Of a stretch of 64,000 nt of DNA, positions 1-8,188 are shown piece by piece (position 1 is the first letter of the stretch; each line of letters begins with the position of its first letter). Location: positions 145,767 to 209,766 of IMG/VR virus record IMGVR_UViG_3300010938_000950; one strand, written 5' to 3'. The notes beneath the pieces are model-generated. The model was not told the origin of the DNA. It saw only the letters and a list, made by a program, of their open reading frames with translations, and searched no databases. The translations under genes were made by a program, and so were the position numbers.

Positions 1-102
1 GCGCCACTACGTACACGAGAGAGGAGCGCCCGCTCCCATTCACGGCCAGCCCAGGGCCAGAGTCGTCCCCACCGCATCCACCCCAACGCAGGAGCCACCG
101 CC

Positions 103-744
103 ATGGATCTCGCCAACATCATCGCGCTCGTCTCGTCCGCTCACGTCGATCCCACCACCGCGCCCGAAGTGAACGTGGACCCCGAGGTGACCGAGACGGT
201 CATCGGCCGCAATCTCCCCAAGCCGGAGCGCGGCAGCAAGAAGCAGGCCAGCAACCAGGCCGCTCCCATTCACAGCAAGGCCAGTGCGCCGGGTGTGGCA
301 CTCAACACCGGCGACAAGCTCGACGCCAAGTCCTTCATCCTCGCCATGCGCAACGCTGGCAAGCGGTGGGTCGAGGGCAAGGGCCAGGTCTTCGACAAGA
401 ACCACGAGCGCAACGACCAGATCCAGGCCATCGCCTCGTACACCGGGTACGACAATGCCCGAGACTTCGGCAGCCAGCAGCAGGCGGCCATGGCCCAGGC
501 GCAGCGCGAGCTGCGAGGCGGTGTCACCCCTGGTCCGACCAGGGAGGAGAAGCGGGCTGCCGAGCGCAGCATGTCGGGCTACGTGGCAGGCATGCCGCTC
601 CCGGCTCAGAAGCTCCTCGCCAATCTCAGGGCCAGGGAGCAAGCGGCGGCCGAGGCGATGATCGACGCCAAGACCCCGGAGGAGAAGGCTGCGCACAAGC
701 AGCTCCTCGACACCATCCGTAAGGCCATCGACGAGCTGGTCTGA
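103..744 (+). CDS. Hypothetical protein
   Basis: 213-aa ORF, GGAG SD, GC3-rich codons, followed by a terminator; contains the 11-mer in frame (APIH). Confidence 0.8.
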   Translation: MDLANIIALVSSAHVDPTTAPEVNVDPEVTETVIGRNLPKPERGSKKQASNQAAPIHSKASAPGVALNTGDKLDAKSFILAMRNAGKRWVEGKGQVFDKNHERNDQIQAIASYTGYDNARDFGSQQQAAMAQAQRELRGGVTPGPTREEKRAAERSMSGYVAGMPLPAQKLLANLRAREQAAAEAMIDAKTPEEKAAHKQLLDTIRKAIDELV

Positions 745-788
745 CGGACACGCCCGCAAGGGTAACTACATAGGCTCACATCCCGAAG

Positions 789-831
789 GGCTCACACCTG
801 GCGGGGTGTGGGCCTTTCGCTTTTTCTTTTT
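789..831 (+). terminator. Intrinsic terminator
   Basis: GGCTCACACC/GGTGTGGGCC hairpin followed by TTTCGCTTTTTCTTTTT, 45 nt after the stop of 103..744. Confidence 0.75.
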
Positions 832-885
832 CGCGATGTACATCCCTAAAGGGATACCCACGTTGTGGGTGTAGGGAAAAGTGGT

Positions 886-908
886 TGGCCCGCCCTTTGC
901 AGGGTGCA
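886..908 (+). promoter_or_regulatory. sigma54 (-24/-12) promoter with GGGTGCA tail
   Basis: TGGCCCGCCCTTTGCA-GGGTGCA; GG-N10-GC spacing. Confidence 0.7.
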
Positions 909-1148
909 ATGCATGTGCCACGGCCACGCGCCCATATGCGAGAGAAGGCCGCCTCCCATTCACTGCCAGTCGAGTCCGAAAGGCGCAGCAACGGACGAAC
1001 GGCAGCAAGGCACACAAGCCAGCGCGTAAGGCGCAAGTCGCTGTCCGATGCTGGGCGCCCAATCACGGCAGCAAGGCTATATGCTAGGGCTTACAGCCCA
1101 CGTCGTGAATCGGCGCCTCCCATTCACTGCCTACCCACGAGGTTGAGC

Positions 1149-1319
1149 ATGACGGCGAACGAAGCGTACGAACGCGGCAAGGCGGACGCAAGGCGCGACA
1201 AGGCGCCCATCTTCCGCTCGACCAGGCACGGAATCGTCCCCACGGTGGACGATGACATGTCGGACAACTGGTCCCAAGAGGATCGGTTCCACTACCTGCA
1301 AGGGTACGACGAGGGCTGA
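1149..1319 (+). CDS. Hypothetical protein
   Basis: Short ORF (MTANEAYERG...) bracketed by 11-mers at 1117 and 1323. Confidence 0.65.
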   Translation: MTANEAYERGKADARRDKAPIFRSTRHGIVPTVDDDMSDNWSQEDRFHYLQGYDEG

Positions 1320-1452
1320 GCCCTCCCATTCACGACTCACCGGCCACGAAGTCTGCGGCACCCCAACGGCAGCATGTGCATAGCACGGGGCCAACGAGCC
1401 CAAGTCGCTGGGGTGCCGCTCTCCCATTCACCACCTGCCGAAGAGGGTAGGC

Positions 1453-1713
1453 ATGAAGCCAGTCGATACCAACAAGCTGCCCGACCTGATGCCGCGAGTA
1501 GCGCGCATCCTGAGTGTCCAGGGCACCACCATCCAGGATGTGGTGGATGAGCTGCGCAACACCGACTTGTCGGAGGCCAGCATCTACTACACCATCAAGG
1601 GCGCGGCCATGTGCTACCCGCACGTCAAGGCTGCGCTGGAAGAGGCGAGCATCCAAGCGGCCCTGGGCACGTCCCTGCCCGACACGGAACGCGAGCCTCC
1701 CATTCACGACTAG
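1453..1713 (+). CDS. Hypothetical protein
   Basis: 86-aa ORF after the 11-mer at 1421. Confidence 0.75.
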   Translation: MKPVDTNKLPDLMPRVARILSVQGTTIQDVVDELRNTDLSEASIYYTIKGAAMCYPHVKAALEEASIQAALGTSLPDTEREPPIHD

Positions 1714-1759
1714 CCGACCGCAACGAACGTCACCGCAACGCAAACGAAGGAGCATCATC

Positions 1760-1945
1760 ATGAAGAACGTCGATTTCTCGGTCTCGGGCGACACCCTCGT
1801 CATCAAGGTCAACCTCAAGGCGCCGACCACCACGTCCGCCTCGGGCAAGTCGGAGGTCATCGCCTCCACGGAGGGGAACGTCAGCATCCCCGGTCACCCC
1901 GAGATCAAGCTCGGGCTCAACTGCTACACGGCCAAGAAGAAGTAA
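1760..1945 (+). CDS. Small conserved protein (SGKS/T..ASTEGNV family), paralogue of 12253..12435
   Basis: MKNVDFSVSGDTLVIKVNL...SGKSEVIASTEGNVSIPG...KLGLN; AAGGAG SD. Confidence 0.8.
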   Translation: MKNVDFSVSGDTLVIKVNLKAPTTTSASGKSEVIASTEGNVSIPGHPEIKLGLNCYTAKKK

Positions 1946-2148
1946 CTCTCTTCTTGCCACGGCGTGAGTGCTCCGCCCCGTGCGATCCCGAGGCCAGTGG
2001 GTCTCAAAAGGGACACGGGGCAGAGCGCTCGATTCTCTTAGCCCTGCGCATGGGCTAAGCCTTTGCACGAAGTGCTGCGGCACCCGCAAGGGGTGCAGCC
2101 TTGTGAGGGCGGGGAGACATGACTCTCCCTAATAGTGCGCAGTGTTCT

Positions 2149-2230
2149 CGCCAGTGTCACTGAAAAGCGTGCGGGGCTGCGCACGGCCTTCCAAGGTTGT
2201 GACACAAGGGTTCGACTCCCTGACTGGCGA
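2149..2230 (+). ncRNA. tRNA-Gly(TCC)-derived tRNA-like element with expanded anticodon loop and D-region insertion
   Basis: Acceptor CGCCAGT/ACTGGCG, T loop TTCGACT, anticodon arm ACGGC-CTTCCAAG-GTTGT (8-nt loop), no encoded CCA. Confidence 0.6.
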
Positions 2231-2270
2231 CTAAGCTTCTCCCATTCATAACCATCGCAGGGAGAATATC

Positions 2271-2447
2271 ATGCGCTCCATCATCGAAGTGCGCTCATGT
2301 AGCAAGCGCTCGTACGCAAACGAGAATGCGGCTCGCATGGCGCTCATGGAGTGTCGTTCTCGGGGGCGGTGTGAGAACCGCTACTACCAGTGTGCCCACT
2401 GCGGTACCTGGCATCTGACCAGTCAGCCCTTCCGCAAGGTTGCCTGA
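2271..2447 (+). CDS. Small Zn-binding phage protein (C..K.SY...YQC.HCG.WHLTS)
   Basis: 58-codon ORF below the track cutoff, GGAG SD, between 11-mers at 2239 and 2448. Confidence 0.7.
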   Translation: MRSIIEVRSCSKRSYANENAARMALMECRSRGRCENRYYQCAHCGTWHLTSQPFRKVA

Positions 2448-2479
2448 CTCCCATTCACCACCAACCCAAGGAGCAAGTC

Positions 2480-2737
2480 ATGCGCAAGCCTCTCGATCTC
2501 GCCGATACGTACGCACCCCTCTCGTACGAGGATGACGAGCCCACCATCAAGACGCACGTGCCCGACTTCTTCCCCAAGGTCATCGTGGACGAAGATGCGT
2601 CGGATGACGAGCCCACGCTGCCCAGCATGCGCAATCCTCTCTACGAGGAGAAGCGCTATCCCGGTGTGGGCCTGGCGCTCGTCCTGGTCACCGGCGCTCT
2701 CTTCTGGGGAGCGGTCGCATGGCTCGTCTTTCGCTGA
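2480..2737 (+). CDS. Hypothetical protein with C-terminal TM helix
   Basis: AAGGAG SD; acidic N-terminus and hydrophobic tail. Confidence 0.7.
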   Translation: MRKPLDLADTYAPLSYEDDEPTIKTHVPDFFPKVIVDEDASDDEPTLPSMRNPLYEEKRYPGVGLALVLVTGALFWGAVAWLVFR

Positions 2738-2899
2738 TTGTCCTCCTGGTGGGCGGTTGTGCGAGGAGCCTACCGCCCGAGGACTACAGCATCACCATCA
2801 CGTCCCACGTGTGCTCCGATGCAGGGGTCTGTGGGACAGTCACCGAAACGCTTCCTCCCATTCACGGCCAACCATCGACGAAAGGTGCGAGGTGATGAC

Positions 2900-3775
2900 A
2901 TGAACATGATCGACCTGATCGACCACATGACCGGCCCGATGGAAGTGCAGTTCACGGAAGCGCCCTTCTCGGACGGCATGGTGGATCCGTTCGCTCCCTG
3001 CGAGGACTCCCCCGAACGCACGGCGGCTCTCCTCCGCATGTGCCCCAACGAGACGGATCGTGAGGAGCCGTCTCCCCTCAACTTCGGCCAGGACGGTGGA
3101 CGCTACATGTCCAGCGTCTTCGAGGAGATGCTCAAGCGGGGCTGGTAAGCCCTGCAAAGGAAGGTGACATGGGTGTAGGCAAGAAGGCCACGGGTCAACA
3201 GCCCTGGTCCAAGTGGTGTGTGGAGCGTCATCAAAAGACGTGCAAGCGCACCTTGAACGCCATGGAGAAGCGCTACGAAACTCGCGTTCGCCGTCAAGGC
3301 AAGCGTGAGTGTCAAGAGCGCGACTGACTCACCTAGGCTCGCCTCCTTCGGGATGGCGGGCTTTAGGCGTTGCAAGCATGGCCCATCTGTTGCAGGGTGC
3401 AATGGCAATGCCATTGCCCAGCCCTATGGGCGCAAGGATGCAAACGGTGGGCCAGCGCGAAAACGAACGGCTCCCATTCACCGCTCGTCGAGAGCGAAAG
3501 GCACAACGGAGGCGAACATGGCATACGGACTGTGGGACGTTTCGGGGAAGGTGATCATTCCGGGCACTCGTAAGAGCGCCAGCTTCGGTCCCGTTCGCAT
3601 CGGCGACAGGGATCGCCAGACCGCCAGCAAGCATCTGGCGAAGCTCCTGAACGAGAAGTTCCGGCGGGACTTGAAGGGCGACCATCGGTTCTCCGATCAC
3701 TTCGCCCTGATGAACCTGAAGTGGGATGATGTGGTCAAGAAGACCACGCCCGCTTCCGAGCAGGCGGCCGAATGA
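2900..3775 (+). other. Hypothetical ORFs 2900..3148 and 3518..3775
   Basis: SD-preceded starts downstream of 11-mers at 2855 and 3471. Confidence 0.65.
3379..3401 (+). promoter_or_regulatory. sigma54 (-24/-12) promoter with GGGTGCA tail
   Basis: TGGCCCATCTGTTGCA-GGGTGCA; GG-N10-GC. Confidence 0.7.
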
Positions 3776-3964
3776 AACTTCTCAGGGGGAATGTCATCAC
3801 TCTTGATGACATCTACCGTCTCACTACCACCAAGCCCCTGATGGCTCTCCTCTGGTTGAGTCTCGGGGCACTGGTAGGAATCATCCTACACGGCTGCATC
3901 GGCTGATACCAAGGCTCGCCCTCCCATTCACGGGACGGCGGGCTTTAGGTGTCAGGAGGCCACG

Positions 3965-4192
3965 ATGAGCAACACACCGACGGCAGAGCAAGTAACCGCT
4001 GGCATTCGTATGGCAGCGGCCGTGGCGGAAGCCATCCGTGACTTGGGCAGCGTGCCCAGCGGCCATCTGTACGCTCGACTCATGGAATACATGAGTCTGG
4101 AGACGTACAACAAGATCATCACCGTTCTCAAGAATGCCAATCTGGTGGAGGAGAGTAACCATCTCCTCACCTGGGTCGGCCCCAAGGAGTGA
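3965..4192 (+). CDS. Small winged-HTH-like protein
   Basis: AGGAGG SD; helical pattern ending NLVEESNHLLTWVG (wing-like). Confidence 0.6.
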   Translation: MSNTPTAEQVTAGIRMAAAVAEAIRDLGSVPSGHLYARLMEYMSLETYNKIITVLKNANLVEESNHLLTWVGPKE

Positions 4193-4238
4193 CCGGCTCC
4201 CATTCATCGCAGACCACCAACGAAGGTAGGAGGTACGT

Positions 4239-5103
4239 GATGTTCCGCACATACGACGACTGGAAGCTCGACACTCCTCCCGAGTACAACGAGCTTCCGT
4301 ACGGAGAACCACCACATGACGAAGAACAAGCTCCGGCTACTCTTCGTGTGCCTTACAGCCAGCCTGGCATGGGCATGCGAGACAAGCGCTCCGAGTGACT
4401 GCGCAGGCAATCACTGTACCTGGATCATCGCAGGTAGGGAAGCAGGTATCTGTTGCCCTACCTCTGCTCCAGTCTGCGGCACCGCATCCACATGTGGTGA
4501 AGGCCACTGTTGCCCGCTGCAAGTCAGCGAGGAGCTGAGGCCGCTCGACTGAGAGGAATGGGCGACTCTTCGGGGTCGCCCCTTCCGTTCCAAGCTGAGG
4601 CACGCCGTTTGCAGGGTGCATGGAACGTGCCGCGCCCAACGAACGAACCGCTCCCATTCACGGCGCATCGGCGCCAAAACCCGAGGCATCCACACATGAG
4701 CAAGCGAGTCACCATTCACGTGCCCAAGTCCGAGCCTCGCAACCACGTTGCCCGCGAGATGATTCTCAACGGCACTGGCAAGAGCCAGATCATGCGTGAC
4801 CGGCGCAATCGGCGTCCCAAGGATGCCCGGCGCCAGCGCGAGCACTTCGACTACTGAGTCGCTCCCATTCACCGCCAATCGAGGAGAGAAGCCATGAGCA
4901 AGCAGATGTTCCGGGTGGTTCGTGTCACGGTCAAGACGGGCTGCGATCTGGCTCGTGAGGTCATCAAGGCCAATCTGCCCAAGGGCAAGGCCAACGAGAT
5001 CCGCTTCTCCCTGGAGAGCAAGAACGGGGCCGAGGAGTTCAACCCCGATCTGATGGTCTCCTATCTGGTGGAGCCCATGAATCCGACTCAGGTGAGCGCC
5101 TGA
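4239..5103 (+). other. Small hypothetical ORFs 4239..4398, 4696..4857 and 4894..5103
   Basis: Each follows an 11-mer or its variant and has an SD-like sequence. Confidence 0.65.
4598..4620 (+). promoter_or_regulatory. sigma54 (-24/-12) promoter with GGGTGCA tail
   Basis: AGGCACGCCGTTTGCA-GGGTGCA; preceded by the UUCG hairpin GGCGACTC-TTCG-GGGTCGCC (4561-4580). Confidence 0.7.
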
Positions 5104-5679
5104 TAGCTGCTCCCTGGGTGCGACAAGTCAGCAGAGCTGGGGAGGGTGTCATGTAAAGTCGCGCGGTTGGTGACCGCTGCACTCAAGCCGACAACCCGAA
5201 AACCCTAAAGATAGCCAAGCCCAGAAACCGTGGGAGATGAGCGCGATGCTAAGCTCCCATTCATCGTCATCCCAAAGCGGAGAACGAGCCATGCGCAAGG
5301 GTGATACCGAGCGGGAGTGAGTCCCGCCCACCTACAGGTACAGTGGCTGCCTTCCACTTCAATTCAAGGAAGGCTCTACCTGCAAGGACAATACCAATAG
5401 GTGTGTAACGCTGCGTCCCATTCATTGGCATAGCCAAAAGGTGAGGCAGGAGAAGCTACCCACATACTAGCGAAGTGAAAAACCTTCCTAACGATATGTG
5501 GCCGCTGACACTGATAACCACACAACCCCACATAAGGGACCGAGCGTCAGGTTACATGCCAGTAAGATTGAAGGGTCAATCGCAAGATTGGCCCCTCAAT
5601 TTTTACCCCGACCGCACTTACCCCGTTATACCGCAGCATACATTGTGCCCATATAGGCACGTATTGGAGGTACAGGCGC

Positions 5680-5702
5680 AGGCATATTGATTGCAGGGTG
5701 CA
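5680..5702 (+). promoter_or_regulatory. sigma54 (-24/-12) promoter with GGGTGCA tail
   Basis: AGGCATATTGATTGCA-GGGTGCA; GG-N10-GC. Confidence 0.6.
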
Positions 5703-5772
5703 AACAGCGAGCCAATTTATTTTGATGTGGGATAGGCACGCACACTGTAATGTAGATGTAGGGAAAGGTAGT

Positions 5773-5795
5773 TGGCACGGTAATCGCAGGGTGCA
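5773..5795 (+). promoter_or_regulatory. sigma54 (-24/-12) promoter with GGGTGCA tail
   Basis: TGGCACGGTAATCGCA-GGGTGCA; upstream GTAGGGAAARGTRGT shared with the site at 886. Confidence 0.7.
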
Positions 5796-5998
5796 AACGA
5801 TGGGCCAACCACTGCGGCCTGGCGGCCTCCCATTCACGGCAAGCCGGCGGCCGAGGTCGCCGCACCGCAACGCAGACAACGCAAGGTGCATACGAACGGA
5901 TAGCATGTGAGTGGATATGAGCACGGAGGACGGGCTCCCATTCACGGCACGCCAAGCGCCGAAAGCGCAGCGGCTCTCTCAGAAAAGGAAAGACGAAC

Positions 5999-6181
5999 AT
6001 GGGCAAGATCATCGTGGTTCTTCTGGCAACCCTGGCGGCACTCTCGCTTCTGGCCGTCTTCTTCGGTGTGCCCCGACTCTCATCCACGGCCTTCAACGTG
6101 GGCACGTTCAACGTGTCCTGGTGGCTGGTGTGCGGTGGTGTGCTCGGGTACGGCATCTACCGCATCGTCAAGGGGAAGTGA
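5999..6181 (+). CDS. Small two-TM membrane protein
   Basis: Two hydrophobic segments, 60 aa. Confidence 0.7.
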   Translation: MGKIIVVLLATLAALSLLAVFFGVPRLSSTAFNVGTFNVSWWLVCGGVLGYGIYRIVKGK

Positions 6182-6993
6182 CCAGGGCTCCCATTCATCG
6201 CAATAACTTCCCGAGGTGGGGCGGTTGAGGGATACTGACTCCCGCCCCATAACAATCCTATAACTTGACCTGGGAAGTTCTCGTCAGCATACCTGTCAAA
6301 AGCTGAAGGTGTACTGCCAGCCGGGTGACATGACTCACTCGCGGTAATTGCGACCAAAGACTAGGAACAATACAGGCTGGGTAGCAGCTTCGGTTGTCCA
6401 ACTGTATGGTCTAAGGTATAGGCTGATCTCCACCGATTGGGCGGGGTAGGAGACAGGGCTGGTATGCTGACGAGAGCCTCCCATTCACGGCGCAAAGATT
6501 CGGAATTGCGAACCGGATCTCGACAAAGCGTAGGGGGATCTATAGGGGGTATAGCAGATTCTTATCTGACAGGAGCCTACGGGTCAACGAGCCCCGTGCC
6601 AAGAAAACGAACACATACGCTGCCCACGTATAGGGGCTAATCCCGAAGTAACGTAATAGTAGGGAGTCTCAGTGTATGTAAGCAACCGTAAGGTTCGGTA
6701 GGAGTACTTGGTCAATCCCGTGGGTTCCTGCCAGGAAAGAATCGCTCCCATTCATGGGAAGCTGAGCGCAATTGACGAGCCGGAGGTCAAGGTTATGGAC
6801 GAGTTGCCGGAGACCAAACCCGAGAGCATGAGCCAGGACGAGTGGAATGTTGTTGTGGCCGTGCGTCACACCCGGCATGACAACAGACTCGGTGTTCCCA
6901 GGAATTGGAAAGAGTATTGCAGGAAACTGGAATACTGTCTCTTCCTAGCGGACGTGTGAAACTCCCATTCACGACCAAGCGGAGGGCAAGGTC

Positions 6994-7722
6994 ATGGCGA
7001 ACAAGAACAAGATCGAATTGGGTGACGTGGTGAGCCTGGGCTGGGATGACGGCTATCACACGGCCACGGTCTCTCAGGTTCACAAGGACGGGACGGTGGA
7101 TCTCTTCCGTCCCTACACGGCCACGGCTGACTTCTCATGTGCAGGGCGAGAGGAGGGATCTTCCTCGGTCATCTGCTACGTGGGAATCGAAGAAGTCAGG
7201 GGAGTCAATCCCGACAGGCTCAAGCTCTTGCGCAAAGGTAAAGAGCTGAGGTAAGCAGAGGTTCCCATTCATGGGATGGTGTGTGGGGTGGATGTTAGAA
7301 AGGGCGGATGGCCCAAGTCTATCCCCACACAAGCACGCTGAGCTAGTGCTGGACATGTATTGGCCGCCAAGGTACAGTGGTATCTTGGATATAGGGTTCG
7401 ACTCCCTATCGTGTCTCCGGGAGGTTCGCCTCCCATTCACAACCGACAAGGAGCGAATGACATGGACATCTTCGAGATTCTCTCCAAGGACGAACGTGTC
7501 ATTGTCTACTCCTCCCAAGAGGAACGGACACTCATCACCTGGAATCAATCCCTCACACTCCAATACTGGCGCCCTGTTGTCAGGAGGTTTGAGAGTGATT
7601 ATCCCAAGGGACACTTCGATCCCAACGACTGGGAAGAGGTGAATGTGCGCACACTCTCGAATGAGCCCAAGGACTACAAGGCTGCACGAGAAGCAGCCAT
7701 CAGGTGGTACACCGGGTCCTAG
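6994..7722 (+). other. Hypothetical ORFs 6994..7254 (SH3-like) and 7462..7722
   Basis: SD-preceded, downstream of 11-mers at 6962 and 7430. Confidence 0.7.
7351..7417 (+). ncRNA. D-armless tRNA-like element
   Basis: Acceptor GGACATG/CGTGTCT, T arm ATAGGG-TTCGACT-CCCTAT, 9-bp hairpin CCAAGGTAC/GTATCTTGG with 4-nt loop in place of the anticodon arm. Confidence 0.6.
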
Positions 7723-7757
7723 CTCCCATTCACGGTCAATCGAAAGCGGAGGATGCG

Positions 7758-7991
7758 ATGGGCTATCTGAACGAGAACGGGCTGGTCAACGGCAACATTC
7801 CAGCAGGCAAGCCTTGTCCCTGGTGGGGCGGATGTAGCATGAAGGTGGAGCGCTGTCCATCGGAGAAGAATCCCAAGCCAGTGGACTACAGTTGTGCCCT
7901 GGCTCGACTCAACAGCACCATCGACTCCAGCAAGAAAGAGGGCAAGCGGTTGCCTTTGCTGGAGAAGGTCCGGGACAACCTGGGAAAGTAA
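7758..7991 (+). CDS. Cys4 protein, paralogue of 24537..24749
   Basis: NGLVNGNIPAGKPCP..C..CP..YSC motif. Confidence 0.7.
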   Translation: MGYLNENGLVNGNIPAGKPCPWWGGCSMKVERCPSEKNPKPVDYSCALARLNSTIDSSKKEGKRLPLLEKVRDNLGK

Positions 7992-8188
7992 TCCTTGGGA
8001 GCAACTTCTAAGAGCAAGCGAGAGCGTTGGAACGAGGTGGTCAAGGAGACGGGCAAGTGTCCCTTCTGTCCACCTCACAACGGAGAGAACGCAAAGAAGC
8101 GTCCTCGGTCTGACAAGTACAAGAGCAAGCGCAAGGGGCGATAGGGCGCGAGGCTCCCATTCACGGCGAGCCGGCAGCGGAGGGCGAC

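Noticed and set aside
2051-2067. Sixth sigma54-like site GGGCTAAGCCTTTGCA
   Set aside because: Spacing fits, but the -24 match is weak and the GGGTGCA tail shared by the other five is absent; left as unsupported.
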